Position numbers and translations under genes: made by a program. A stretch of DNA of 64,000 nt from a virus. Its lineage: Duplodnaviria; Caudoviricetes. Every line of letters starts with the position of its first letter. Position 1 is the stretch's first letter. The notes under the pieces were generated by a model. The model did no database searches. It had not been told where the DNA came from and was given only the letters and a program-made list of their open reading frames with translations. Positions 9,526-18,032 of this stretch are shown one piece after another. The DNA is taken from IMG/VR virus record IMGVR_UViG_3300042935_000900, positions 310-64,309 of that record; one strand, given 5' to 3'.

Positions 9526-10269
9526 ATGTACGGTTTACAGGAATTAAAGCAAATGGTATTTGTGGACATAGAGACCACTACCCAAAAAGAAACACTACAG
9601 GATCTTATTGATGAGAATCCTAATCTATTAGAGTATTGGCAGTATAAGTCAATGCAATGTAGAGAACAAAATCAAACTGAACTTAAAGACGTTAAAGATG
9701 ACCATGAGATGTATCCTCGAATGGCAGGTCTTTATCCCGAATGGGGTCGAGTGGTTTGTATCTCTATTGGTCAGATCAAATTTGATGAGCAAGGAAATGC
9801 CAGTTCATTTGGTAAGAAAAGCTTTTATGGTGAAGATGAGAAAACTATCGTAGAAGAATTTATGACAACAGCATCTAAGATCTTTGTTAACTATCCTAAG
9901 ATGCAGTGGGTTGGTCATAACGTAAAGGGTTTTGATTTGCCATTCTTAATTAAACGAGCTGTTATTCATGGCGTAAAGATACCACCTCAATTTTGGTTAC
10001 AAAAACAAAAGCCATGGGAAAACTGCTTATTAGATACTTACGAGATCTGGAAGTTTGGAGGTTATAATTCAGCCAAATTAGGTTTGTTAACTGAGTTGCT
10101 TAATATTCCATCACCAAAAGATCTAATGGCAGGCCCAGAAGTTAATCGTTATTTCTGGCAAGGTAGAATTGAAGAGATTAAGTCATATTGCGAAAAGGAC
10201 ATCGAGGCATCAGCCAATTTGATGCTAAGATTAAGTGGAATGGACCTAATCGATGAGGCCCCTTTCTAA
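9526..10269 (+). CDS. DnaQ-like 3'-5' exonuclease (PolB exo2-like)
   Basis: FVDIET, GHNVKGFDLPF, LLDT and YCEKD DEDDy motifs. Confidence 0.85.
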   Translation: MYGLQELKQMVFVDIETTTQKETLQDLIDENPNLLEYWQYKSMQCREQNQTELKDVKDDHEMYPRMAGLYPEWGRVVCISIGQIKFDEQGNASSFGKKSFYGEDEKTIVEEFMTTASKIFVNYPKMQWVGHNVKGFDLPFLIKRAVIHGVKIPPQFWLQKQKPWENCLLDTYEIWKFGGYNSAKLGLLTELLNIPSPKDLMAGPEVNRYFWQGRIEEIKSYCEKDIEASANLMLRLSGMDLIDEAPF

Positions 10270-10270
10270 T

Positions 10271-10340
10271 TGTTCGTAACTTTTTTAAAATAATTCAGCC
10301 CAAATTTTTTAGTTTGGGCTTTTTTGTGTATATTTGTATA
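10271..10340 (+). promoter_or_regulatory. early-type cassette: TGTTCGTAACTTT box, AGCCCA/TGGGCT hairpin, TATATTTG element
   Basis: TATATTTG 10329-10336 fits the Bacteroidota -7 consensus TAnnTTTG; similar cassette at 15848-15923. Confidence 0.6.
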
Positions 10341-10367
10341 GTTAATCAATCAAATAAAAGAAAAAAT

Positions 10368-10568
10368 ATGGAATCTAAAGTAAGCATGATTATTCAGAGT
10401 CACTTGAGCGATGCAGCTCTTGAAATGTCCTTCAATCCAGATCAAGCAGAGTTGAGGATCAACTTTGTTAAGTTCTTAGTTCACACATATCCTGACACTA
10501 ATGTGAGAATCAATCCGCATCCAATCTACAAGGAATGGTATGCAGATCGATTTGGCATAGAGTCCTAA
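10368..10568 (+). CDS. hypothetical protein
   Basis: Start moved to ATG 10368 (MESKVSM), downstream of the promoter and A-rich leader. Confidence 0.6.
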   Translation: MESKVSMIIQSHLSDAALEMSFNPDQAELRINFVKFLVHTYPDTNVRINPHPIYKEWYADRFGIES

Positions 10569-10678
10569 TCACCAGGAGCTGCCCAGTAATTTAGTTAGAT
10601 ATAACTATATGTTTACTAACCAAATGAAACAAAAGTCGCTGGGCAGCTTAAAAATAATTGAAAATAAATTTTACCATG

Positions 10679-10708
10679 TCAAAAATAATTAGTATATTTA
10701 CATTATAA
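10679..10708 (+). promoter_or_regulatory. early-type promoter TCAA-N10-TATATTTACATTATAA
   Basis: Same spacing as copies at 15179, 17373, 17647 and 18058. Confidence 0.65.
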
Positions 10709-10720
10709 AACAAACAAAAT

Positions 10721-11017
10721 ATGAGTTATAACGAATTTGAAAACGAGGACTTCTTTGAAGACGAACAGGACGAGATTGTCCAACTAAAAAAACAGTCACA
10801 AATGTTAGAACAAGCTGACGCTGAAAAAGCAAGACAAGTAGAAGAAAACTATCAATTGATAAGCCGTAATGGTGTTGATTGGACAGTTTTACCTAAAAAC
10901 GAATCAGATCGATTAATTTCTACCATTAACATAATGATTGAATGGTATATAGAGAACGGAGAGCAATATGAAAAATGCTCTAAGCTTAATACAATTATTA
11001 AGCAACTACAAAATTAA
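10721..11017 (+). CDS. hypothetical acidic protein with C-terminal EQYEKC (UVR-like) motif
   Basis: 98 aa; motif shared with 12622 and 13145. Confidence 0.65.
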   Translation: MSYNEFENEDFFEDEQDEIVQLKKQSQMLEQADAEKARQVEENYQLISRNGVDWTVLPKNESDRLISTINIMIEWYIENGEQYEKCSKLNTIIKQLQN

Positions 11018-11038
11018 GCGTATCATCACTTATTTAAC

Positions 11039-11063
11039 TAAGCCCTTTTGCGAGGGCTTTTTT
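11039..11063 (+). terminator. intrinsic terminator
   Basis: AAGCCCT...AGGGCTT followed by a T run. Confidence 0.75.
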
Positions 11064-11066
11064 AGT

Positions 11067-11074
11067 GATATATA
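11067..11074 (+). promoter_or_regulatory. late-type promoter GATATATA, 4 nt before ATG
   Basis: GATATATA-gtgt-ATG(11079). Confidence 0.65.
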
Positions 11075-11078
11075 GTGT

Positions 11079-11660
11079 ATGAAATATCTAAAATCACTAA
11101 ATGAATCTGGTATGATATTTTACCCAGGTTCTAAAATTGCAAAAGTACAGGGATATGTCGATGGCAAAAAAGCTAAATTAGACTATATCAATGTAAAACC
11201 ATCTCAAAGAAAAGAAGGCGTAGGTCGTGCTGAAGTTGAAAAATTTGAAGCATGGGCAAAAAGTGTAGGTGCTGAATATGTGGAGATTGATGTTTTTAAA
11301 ACTTCACAAGAATTCTGGAAGAAAATGGGTTATGAGATCGATAAAGATTTTCCTGTCATTGGTGGATACAAACAAGATTACAAAGATGGTCACAAAGTTT
11401 TAGAGGATTGGGCCTCTGAGAATCCAGAACTTGATAGGATCAGATATTTCAAAGGATCTGTTGATGATATGCACACTTGGATGAAGAAGAAATTAAAGGA
11501 ACAAGGCATGGAACCTGAAACAAATCCTTATCGTGATGTAGAAATGGTTAACGGACCACAACAAGGTCAAAAAGACAAATCATTACCTTACCAGGATTTT
11601 CAAAACGGGGAATCTGACTTAGTAAAGAATAGACACAATGGAAAAACAACAAACAATTGA
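11079..11660 (+). CDS. GNAT-family acetyltransferase with leader MKYLKSLNE
   Basis: YINVKPSQRKEGVG (acetyl-CoA motif A) and FWKKMGY. Confidence 0.7.
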   Translation: MKYLKSLNESGMIFYPGSKIAKVQGYVDGKKAKLDYINVKPSQRKEGVGRAEVEKFEAWAKSVGAEYVEIDVFKTSQEFWKKMGYEIDKDFPVIGGYKQDYKDGHKVLEDWASENPELDRIRYFKGSVDDMHTWMKKKLKEQGMEPETNPYRDVEMVNGPQQGQKDKSLPYQDFQNGESDLVKNRHNGKTTNN

Positions 11661-11826
11661 GCTAATTAAAGTTTTAACTAGAATCGCTATTGCACTAGAA
11701 AAAACTGAACCTATTGACAAGAAAAAGATTGCTGATGAGAAAAAAATCATGGATCTTGAAGAAAAGCTTAAACGATTACAAATCGCTCAACTAATTAAAG
11801 AACACAGGACTGACCCAACTATCTAA
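11638..11826 (+). CDS. small coiled-coil hypothetical protein
   Basis: 62 aa ORF tiling between neighbours. Confidence 0.55.
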   Translation: MEKQQTIELIKVLTRIAIALEKTEPIDKKKIADEKKIMDLEEKLKRLQIAQLIKEHRTDPTI

Positions 11827-11828
11827 GC

Positions 11829-12635
11829 ATGACTTATTATGATGTATTAGGTGTTAGTGAAGCTGCTACTCAAGATGACATTAAAAAGGCTTATAGAAAA
11901 TTAGCCATTCAACATCATCCTGATAAAACTGGCGGAGAAGATACTAAGTTTAAAGAAATTGCTCAAGCTTATGAAACATTAGGCAACGAGCAAAGTCGAC
12001 AAGCTTACGATCACAAACGTCGAGATCCATTCTCTGATCCAAACTTTTTTAATAACATGAACAATGGCGATAATCTTGCCGATATGTTCAATCAAATGTT
12101 TGGTGGTGGCCGAAGAAATCCAAACTCCAAAGGACCTGATGTTAGAGTTCAATTAATGTTAACATTTGAAGAGAGTTTCTTTGGGTGCAGTAAGATCTTA
12201 GATCTAGGTGCAGGTGAATTTACAGTTAATATACCAAGAGGAGTTGTTACTAATACAAATTTAAAGGTCCATGGCCAAGGCCAAAATAATCCTTATAATC
12301 ATAATGCTAGTCGTGGAGATGCAATCATTGTTATTCATGTACAACAAAACGACAAGTTCGTAGTAAATGGAATAGATATATGGATTGACATTAATATAAA
12401 TTGGTGGGATATTCAATTAGGATGTGATGCAATAATTGAACACCCTGAAGGTAAAATGAATATTAAGATTCCCGAAGGAACAAAACCCGGCAAAATATTA
12501 AGAGTTAAAGATAAGGGTATGCATGTTGCGAATGGAATGATAGGTGCTTTAATGTGTAAAATCAACGCGATATATCCTGAACTAAATCAAGAACAATACG
12601 AATTAATAAAAAAGATAAAAGATGTTGCTATTTAA
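11829..12635 (+). CDS. dnaJ: DnaJ-class co-chaperone without zinc finger (CbpA-like)
   Basis: [23 protein letters not shown] region and C-terminal [15 protein letters not shown]. Confidence 0.9.
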   Translation: MTYYDVLGVSEAATQDDIKKAYRKLAIQHHPDKTGGEDTKFKEIAQAYETLGNEQSRQAYDHKRRDPFSDPNFFNNMNNGDNLADMFNQMFGGGRRNPNSKGPDVRVQLMLTFEESFFGCSKILDLGAGEFTVNIPRGVVTNTNLKVHGQGQNNPYNHNASRGDAIIVIHVQQNDKFVVNGIDIWIDININWWDIQLGCDAIIEHPEGKMNIKIPEGTKPGKILRVKDKGMHVANGMIGALMCKINAIYPELNQEQYELIKKIKDVAI

Positions 12636-12873
12636 TATCGAAGACGAAAACAATTCTCATAAAGATTTGCGTAGCTTTGTTGAAGCCAAGGTACTTGACA
12701 TGATGTATATTGGTATTGTAAGCGGTAATGGCATTAAGCCTGATGCAAATCCAAATGATATTATGCAAAGTATTGATTTGCTAATCAAAAAATTTGAATC
12801 TCAAGAAGCTTATGAGAAATGTAATGAGCTTAAAAAAGTAAAACAAAAATACGAAGAACATGCTACATATTAA
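12622..12873 (+). CDS. hypothetical protein with EAYEKC (UVR-like) motif
   Basis: 83 aa; shared motif. Confidence 0.6.
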   Translation: MLLFNIEDENNSHKDLRSFVEAKVLDMMYIGIVSGNGIKPDANPNDIMQSIDLLIKKFESQEAYEKCNELKKVKQKYEEHATY

Positions 12874-13051
12874 AGTAGAAAATAATAACATAGAAAAAGC
12901 TCTTAAGGAATACAAACGAAAGGTTTTTAAAGTTAAGCAAATTCAAGATCTGAGAGAAAGACAAGAATTCGTTAAACCATCTGTTAAAAATAGATCTAAA
13001 GTTATTAAGGCCAAATACATTCAAAAGTTAAGAGATCAAGAAGAATTTTAA
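12860..13051 (+). CDS. rpsU: phage-encoded ribosomal protein bS21
   Basis: NIEKALKEYKRK, LRERQEFVKPSV and KAKYIQ (Bacteroidota-type C-terminus). Confidence 0.9.
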   Translation: MLHIKVENNNIEKALKEYKRKVFKVKQIQDLRERQEFVKPSVKNRSKVIKAKYIQKLRDQEEF

Positions 13052-13058
13052 AAAAGTG

Positions 13059-13082
13059 AAAACCGCATAAAGCGGTTTTTTT
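13059..13082 (+). terminator. intrinsic terminator after bS21
   Basis: AAAACCGC-ataaa-GCGGTTTT followed by a T run. Confidence 0.75.
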
Positions 13083-13144
13083 ATTTTCCATAAAATGCAA
13101 CACCCGGTAACTAGTCAGCAATATATACACCATAATAGTACACG

Positions 13145-13438
13145 ATGAAACTATATTTAAAAACAGGAAGAACGAAGGTGGAAAACTTTACTCCAAAAGA
13201 TGACAGAGACGCAATGCTGCGTGCATCTTATTACATTATTACGAAAAACTTTACAAAGACAATCAATCGTTTTGTTGTATTTCAAGACGGTAAACAAATA
13301 GTGCAAATCCCGCACGGAATCGGCCAACGCAGCCGCTATATCGACATGCTTATTAAATATTTCGAAGACTTAGAAGAATACGAAAAATGTTCTAAACTAG
13401 CAAAACTTCGAGCTGAAGTAATTGAGTTCGGAGATTAA
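13145..13438 (+). CDS. hypothetical protein with EEYEKC (UVR-like) motif
   Basis: 97 aa; shared motif; AATATATA at 13120-13127 upstream. Confidence 0.65.
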   Translation: MKLYLKTGRTKVENFTPKDDRDAMLRASYYIITKNFTKTINRFVVFQDGKQIVQIPHGIGQRSRYIDMLIKYFEDLEEYEKCSKLAKLRAEVIEFGD

Positions 13439-13456
13439 AATTAAACAAACAAATAT

Positions 13457-14161
13457 ATGAACGGAAACCAGAAGAAAAGCCCTAGGGCTGCAAGATCACA
13501 AGAACAAGCAAATGAATCAATGAAAACCGTCTCACTTAGACAAAACCAAAAGAAGTATTTAGATACTATTTTAGAAAATGATATAACGTTCTGTTATGGT
13601 CCAGCTGGAACCTCAAAAACTTTTACGGCATGTTACGCTGCATTAGAATTATTAAAGAAAAAAGAAATTAAAAGAATTATATTATGTAAGCCTATTCAAG
13701 AGGCTGGTGAAAAATTAGGTTTTTTACCAGGAACTGTTGATGAAAAGGTTGAACCATACTTAAAATCATATAGATCTAGTTTTGAGAAGATTGTTGGCTT
13801 CTCTGCATCTTATAATATGTTTGGTAGTAAATTAATAGAATTTCAACCATTAGCATATATGAGAGGCGATACATTTGATGATGCCTTAATGATTCTAGAC
13901 GAAGCTCAAAATGCAGACTTTAAACAATTAATGCTTTTTGTAACTCGTATGGGTCAAAACTCAAAAGTAATTGTTGCAGGTGATGTTAGTCAATACGATA
14001 TTGCCAAAAACAAAGTAGCTTTACCAGCATTTATGAAATTAATGACTGGAGTTAAAGGTGTTGGTACTCACGTCTTCGGAGAGACTGACATTGTTAGAGC
14101 TAAAATCCTTCAGGAAATCGTACACAGATACGAAAAATGGAAGGACGAGAACGAGAAATGA
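13457..14161 (+). CDS. phoH: PhoH-family ATPase
   Basis: GPAGTSKT, EAGEKLGFLPG, PLAYMRG, ILDEAQN, TRMG and GDVSQ. Confidence 0.95.
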   Translation: MNGNQKKSPRAARSQEQANESMKTVSLRQNQKKYLDTILENDITFCYGPAGTSKTFTACYAALELLKKKEIKRIILCKPIQEAGEKLGFLPGTVDEKVEPYLKSYRSSFEKIVGFSASYNMFGSKLIEFQPLAYMRGDTFDDALMILDEAQNADFKQLMLFVTRMGQNSKVIVAGDVSQYDIAKNKVALPAFMKLMTGVKGVGTHVFGETDIVRAKILQEIVHRYEKWKDENEK

Positions 14162-14186
14162 AACTAGGGTGTTTGTTTGTGTATAA
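14160..14186 (+). promoter_or_regulatory. GAAAC-N16-GTATAA promoter, 5 nt before ATG
   Basis: Recurring motif; ATG at 14192. Confidence 0.65.
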
Positions 14187-14191
14187 GATAC

Positions 14192-14812
14192 ATGACACAG
14201 ATACTATTAAAAGGATTTTATAATGACAACGGCGTCGAAGTCGGTGTTGACGAGGCTGGACGGGGAGCTTTAGCTGGACCTGTAACTGTTGCGGCATGTA
14301 TTATGCCCCATGGTTTTCAGCATCCTTTGATAAAAGACTCAAAGATTTTATCAGAAGGAAATCGAGCTAAAGCTCGTCAAATAGTCCTAGATAATGCTAT
14401 AGCATGGTCTGTTGTACATATTCCTGTAGAAAAGATCGAAGAGATTAATATCTTAAATGCAACTATGTTAGGTATGCAGCAATCTCTACAAGAAACTCAC
14501 AAGAAAGTTAGCTTTGATTTTATCTTAATTGATGGAGATCAATTTCACGGATTTCATGGAATTCCATTTGTGACTGTCGTTGGTGGTGATAACAAATACA
14601 CTTCAATTGCAGCAGCATCTATTCTAGCTAAAACTTTTAGAGATGATTGGATGAAAGAACATGCCGAAGGAAACGAAGCTTATGGATGGGGATCAAACAA
14701 GGGTTATGGTACAAAACAACACAGAGATGCTATTGAACAAATAGGTCCTTCAGAACACCACAGACCAAGTTTTATCAGTCACATGTTGACTAAAACGGCT
14801 TCATTATTTTGA
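14192..14812 (+). CDS. rnhB: ribonuclease HII
   Basis: GVDEAGRGALAGPV, DSK, DG, SIAAASILAK and NKGYGT; start moved to ATG 14192. Confidence 0.95.
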   Translation: MTQILLKGFYNDNGVEVGVDEAGRGALAGPVTVAACIMPHGFQHPLIKDSKILSEGNRAKARQIVLDNAIAWSVVHIPVEKIEEINILNATMLGMQQSLQETHKKVSFDFILIDGDQFHGFHGIPFVTVVGGDNKYTSIAAASILAKTFRDDWMKEHAEGNEAYGWGSNKGYGTKQHRDAIEQIGPSEHHRPSFISHMLTKTASLF

Positions 14813-15153
14813 GAAATCTAATCACAGGTATTTTATTATTCTTTTTTGGTCAGTCACTTGTTTGGCTTCAGACTAATGGGCAATTTGTATGGCCTGTGAT
14901 TAAAAAGAATCCATGGTTAGTTTCTATTCTTGGAGGCACAATCATATCTTTTACATTTATTAATGCCACCAAATATCTTTTTGAATACTATGATGGTCAA
15001 CTTTGGCCAGGAAGATTCATAGGATTTGCAACAGGTATCTTAGCCTTTTCAATTCTTACATACTTTATTATGAATGAAGGTATGAATGCTAAGACTATGG
15101 TTTCATTAAGCTTATCAGTTGCTTTAATACTAGTCCAATTATTTTGGAAATAA
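14809..15153 (+). CDS. small membrane protein, about 4 TM helices
   Basis: Hydrophobic segments throughout; TTG start overlapping the upstream stop. Confidence 0.65.
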   Translation: MRNLITGILLFFFGQSLVWLQTNGQFVWPVIKKNPWLVSILGGTIISFTFINATKYLFEYYDGQLWPGRFIGFATGILAFSILTYFIMNEGMNAKTMVSLSLSVALILVQLFWK

Positions 15154-15154
15154 T

Positions 15155-15208
15155 TGTTCGCAACTTTATTTTTTAGTATCAAATAAATCACTTATATTTA
15201 CATTATAA
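15155..15208 (+). promoter_or_regulatory. early-type cassette: TGTTCGCAACTTT box plus TCAA-N10-TATATTTACATTATAA
   Basis: Recurring intergenic motif. Confidence 0.7.
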
Positions 15209-15218
15209 TAAAAACAAC

Positions 15219-15443
15219 ATGAATAACACGACACAATTTTTAGGATTATTTTTCGGTAGTATTGCTTTAGTAGCCTTAGCTGCCGTTATTTTAGCATGGC
15301 CTACTCAATTACTATGGAATGGATGTTTAGTTCCAGCAGTTGACGGAATACATGAAATCGGTTTCTGGCAAGCTTTAGGAATTAACTTCTTATTTAGCAT
15401 GCTTTTTAAATCAACAACAAAAGCAACTTCTAATAAATCATAA
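15219..15443 (+). CDS. small membrane protein
   Basis: Two hydrophobic segments; LWN and IGFWQA. Confidence 0.65.
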   Translation: MNNTTQFLGLFFGSIALVALAAVILAWPTQLLWNGCLVPAVDGIHEIGFWQALGINFLFSMLFKSTTKATSNKS

Positions 15444-15445
15444 TT

Positions 15446-15847
15446 ATGAGAATCTATTTAGACGATGTTAGAACACCAATTGATCCAGATTGGATCATAG
15501 TTAGATCTTATGACGAATTTGTTGAGAAGATTACAAATATCGGTCTAGATAAGATTGACTTGATTTCGTTGGATCATGACTTAGGTGACACTGCAATGGC
15601 AGAATGGCACAAAAACGTTTATCACAACTATGAATTAAACTACGATAACATTACTGAGAAGACAGGAATGGATTGTACAAAATGGTTGGTTGAACAATGG
15701 ATGGATGGATCTCCAGTTTGTAAAGTAGTAATTCACTCTGCAAATGCTATTGGTAGCGCCAATATGATGGGTTATATTAATAACTACAGACACATTAATC
15801 GCTTACCACAAGATTGCATCAGGGTGCAAATTGAGCACACTGTGTAA
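15446..15847 (+). CDS. cyclic-phosphate-processing receiver-like domain protein
   Basis: IYLDDVR, ISLDHDLG, TGMDC and HSAN motifs. Confidence 0.75.
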   Translation: MRIYLDDVRTPIDPDWIIVRSYDEFVEKITNIGLDKIDLISLDHDLGDTAMAEWHKNVYHNYELNYDNITEKTGMDCTKWLVEQWMDGSPVCKVVIHSANAIGSANMMGYINNYRHINRLPQDCIRVQIEHTV

Positions 15848-15923
15848 AAAGTTACGAACATTTCGAAAATAAATCAGCCCATATTTTTTAATGTGGGCTT
15901 TTTTATGTATATTTACAGTATAA
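15848..15923 (+). promoter_or_regulatory. early-type cassette with inverted box (AAAGTTACGAACA), AGCCCA/TGGGCT hairpin and TATATTTACAGTATAA
   Basis: Parallels the 10271-10340 cassette. Confidence 0.65.
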
Positions 15924-15934
15924 TTAAAAACAAC

Positions 15935-16387
15935 ATGAAAAAGATACTTTACATTGACTTAGACGGGGTGATGGTTGACTTGGAAAGTCACGCTATTAAA
16001 CGTCACGGACCAGATGCTGTTAAACATCTTGGCAGATTAACTAGCGTAGACAAAGAGTTGTTTGAGGATCCTGAGCCGATGCCAGGAGCTATTGAGGCTT
16101 TCACAGAGCTGTCAAGTTTATTCGATGTATATTTCCTTAGCACAGCACCTTGGTCTAACCCCAGTGCTCTAGCTTCTAAAAGACGTTGGGTACAAAAGCA
16201 TTTAGGTAAACTAGCTCATAAACGTTTAATCATGACTCACCGAAAAGATCTTTGTATGGGTGAATTCTTGGTCGATGACAGACCTAACAATGGTGCTGCC
16301 GAATTTAAAGGCCAATGGATCCAATTTGGTCAATCTGGTTTTGAATCATGGGTTGAAGTTAAAAACTATTTGATCGAGCAAGCTTGA
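15935..16387 (+). CDS. 5'(3')-deoxyribonucleotidase (NT5C, HAD family)
   Basis: YIDLDGVMVD, PMPGAIEA, LSTAPW, KRRWV and LVDDR; start moved to ATG 15935. Confidence 0.85.
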   Translation: MKKILYIDLDGVMVDLESHAIKRHGPDAVKHLGRLTSVDKELFEDPEPMPGAIEAFTELSSLFDVYFLSTAPWSNPSALASKRRWVQKHLGKLAHKRLIMTHRKDLCMGEFLVDDRPNNGAAEFKGQWIQFGQSGFESWVEVKNYLIEQA

Positions 16388-16393
16388 TATATA
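16386..16393 (+). promoter_or_regulatory. late-type promoter GATATATA, 4 nt before ATG
   Basis: GATATATA-gtcc-ATG(16398). Confidence 0.65.
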
Positions 16394-16397
16394 GTCC

Positions 16398-17351
16398 ATG
16401 AGACTTTTAAGCTTAAATGAATTTCTTTTAGAGAAAGCAAACAGTAATGCTAACGATCTGTATAAGGCGTATTTAGCAATTGATCCAAAGAGTGGTCACA
16501 GATGGTGGAGTTACAAAGATTTCGCTGGAGATAACTTCTTTATTCAAATTACACTTGATAACTATAAGGACATGGACATCAATCCTGATTTTCCAGTTCT
16601 TAACTACAACACCAAGGTGACTCAAACTCTTTTAGATAAGAAACTTATTAAGATTGAAAACGTTTATAATGTGCCTGAGTTTATTAAAATGTCAGGATCT
16701 AAGACAGAATTTCATAAAATAGTTGAAGGTGATGAAAATATCCCTAAAACTGCTTATAATAAAGAAGATGCCCTAAAAGAGATTGGATTTCCAATGATTG
16801 CCAAACCAGCAAGTGGACACTCAGGCCTCGGTATTCAAGTTTTCAAAAGCCAAGAGGATTTTGACAAGGCAGATCTAAGCAAACTTGATGTATTCTCTGA
16901 GTACATTGACAAGAAGAGCGAGCATCGTATTATTAATTTTGCAGGTGCGCCAATGTATTGGATGGAACGTATTCCAATGAACGATAAAGCCAAATCAGGC
17001 GAGGGCAAAGGTGAAGAGCAAATGATGTTTAAATACATTTTGCATGATGCTGCCAAATTACCAAAGAATTATCAAGATCTTATGACAAAATATTGTAAGA
17101 TGTTTGATAAATTACCATATATCACATTTGATGTAATGGAATCTAAAGACGGTAAGTTGTACATCATTGAATCTAATTCTCAACCTGGCGTTCCTTTTGA
17201 TAGCACAGTTCAGTTATACAGAAACTTATTTAAAGACTTCTATAAGAAACCCGTTGATAGCCAAACAGATGCCAAATTAAAAGAATTTTCTGACTTTATG
17301 TGTAAGAAAACCTTAGAGTTGGATCCAACTCGCTTTGAAATTAAGAAATAA
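16398..17351 (+). CDS. ATP-grasp ligase (RimK-like) with leader MRLLSLNEFLLE
   Basis: IPKT, GFPMIAKP..G.SG.G, EYID..EHR and FDVM...LYIIESNSQPG. Confidence 0.8.
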   Translation: MRLLSLNEFLLEKANSNANDLYKAYLAIDPKSGHRWWSYKDFAGDNFFIQITLDNYKDMDINPDFPVLNYNTKVTQTLLDKKLIKIENVYNVPEFIKMSGSKTEFHKIVEGDENIPKTAYNKEDALKEIGFPMIAKPASGHSGLGIQVFKSQEDFDKADLSKLDVFSEYIDKKSEHRIINFAGAPMYWMERIPMNDKAKSGEGKGEEQMMFKYILHDAAKLPKNYQDLMTKYCKMFDKLPYITFDVMESKDGKLYIIESNSQPGVPFDSTVQLYRNLFKDFYKKPVDSQTDAKLKEFSDFMCKKTLELDPTRFEIKK

Positions 17352-17372
17352 TTTCAAATAAATTTTTTATTG

Positions 17373-17402
17373 TCAATTATTTTGTGTATATTTACTGTAT
17401 AA
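17373..17402 (+). promoter_or_regulatory. early-type promoter TCAA-N10-TATATTTACTGTATAA
   Basis: Recurring motif. Confidence 0.65.
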
Positions 17403-17414
17403 AATAATTGATAT

Positions 17415-17621
17415 ATGAAGATCTTATCCCTTTACCTTTTGATTGGCACTCTATTTAGTGCATTTACAGACTATGCTCATTCTAAGGCCAAACACAATTG
17501 GCCCACAGTAGAAGAATGGAAAGCCCACCATTTAAATAACTTTGATCGATTTTGGTTAATCGCTATATGGCCTATTGGTATAGTCGTAATCATCGTTAAC
17601 CTTTTTTCATCAAAGGACTAA
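17415..17621 (+). CDS. small membrane protein
   Basis: Two hydrophobic segments; IWPI. Confidence 0.6.
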   Translation: MKILSLYLLIGTLFSAFTDYAHSKAKHNWPTVEEWKAHHLNNFDRFWLIAIWPIGIVVIIVNLFSSKD

Positions 17622-17677
17622 ATGTTCGCAACTTTATTTTACCAGATCAAATTTATTTAGTATATTTACAGTATAAT
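17622..17677 (+). repeat. 56-nt direct repeat copy 1 (promoter cassette)
   Basis: ATGTTCGCAACTTTATTTTACCAGATCAAATTTATTTAGTATATTTACAGTATAAT; one mismatch to the copy at 18033. Confidence 0.9.
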
Positions 17678-17692
17678 AAAAAGATAAAGAAC

Positions 17693-18031
17693 ATGAAACA
17701 ACAAGTATTTACAAAAGCAAGACAACGATTCGGAACAATTTATCCAGCAATAGCAACTGATTATGCTGTAGAGATCGTTAAAAACAAATCTATTGCAGTT
17801 TATAAGAATGACGTATTAGCAAACTCATTTAATTTAGGTGACACAGCTGAATACGATTCATATAATTTACGATATACTGGTAACATTGTAGCTATTAGCG
17901 ACAAACGTATTGTTATCGAATCTTATGGTCGTCGTTATTCATTAGACATTAATACATTCTGTTGGAGAAACCACGATTTTAATGCAGTTAAAGTTGCTGA
18001 GCAAAACCACAGAGAGTCTATGTACATCTAA
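17693..18031 (+). CDS. hypothetical protein flanked by direct repeats
   Basis: 112 aa; GDTAEYDSYNL and FCWRN. Confidence 0.7.
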   Translation: MKQQVFTKARQRFGTIYPAIATDYAVEIVKNKSIAVYKNDVLANSFNLGDTAEYDSYNLRYTGNIVAISDKRIVIESYGRRYSLDINTFCWRNHDFNAVKVAEQNHRESMYI

Positions 18032-18032
18032 A

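Noticed and set aside
10314-15934. Similar N-termini MGFFVYIC and MGFFMYIY as a shared peptide tag
   Set aside because: They are translations of the repeated hairpin-promoter cassette; the likely starts are 10368 and 15935
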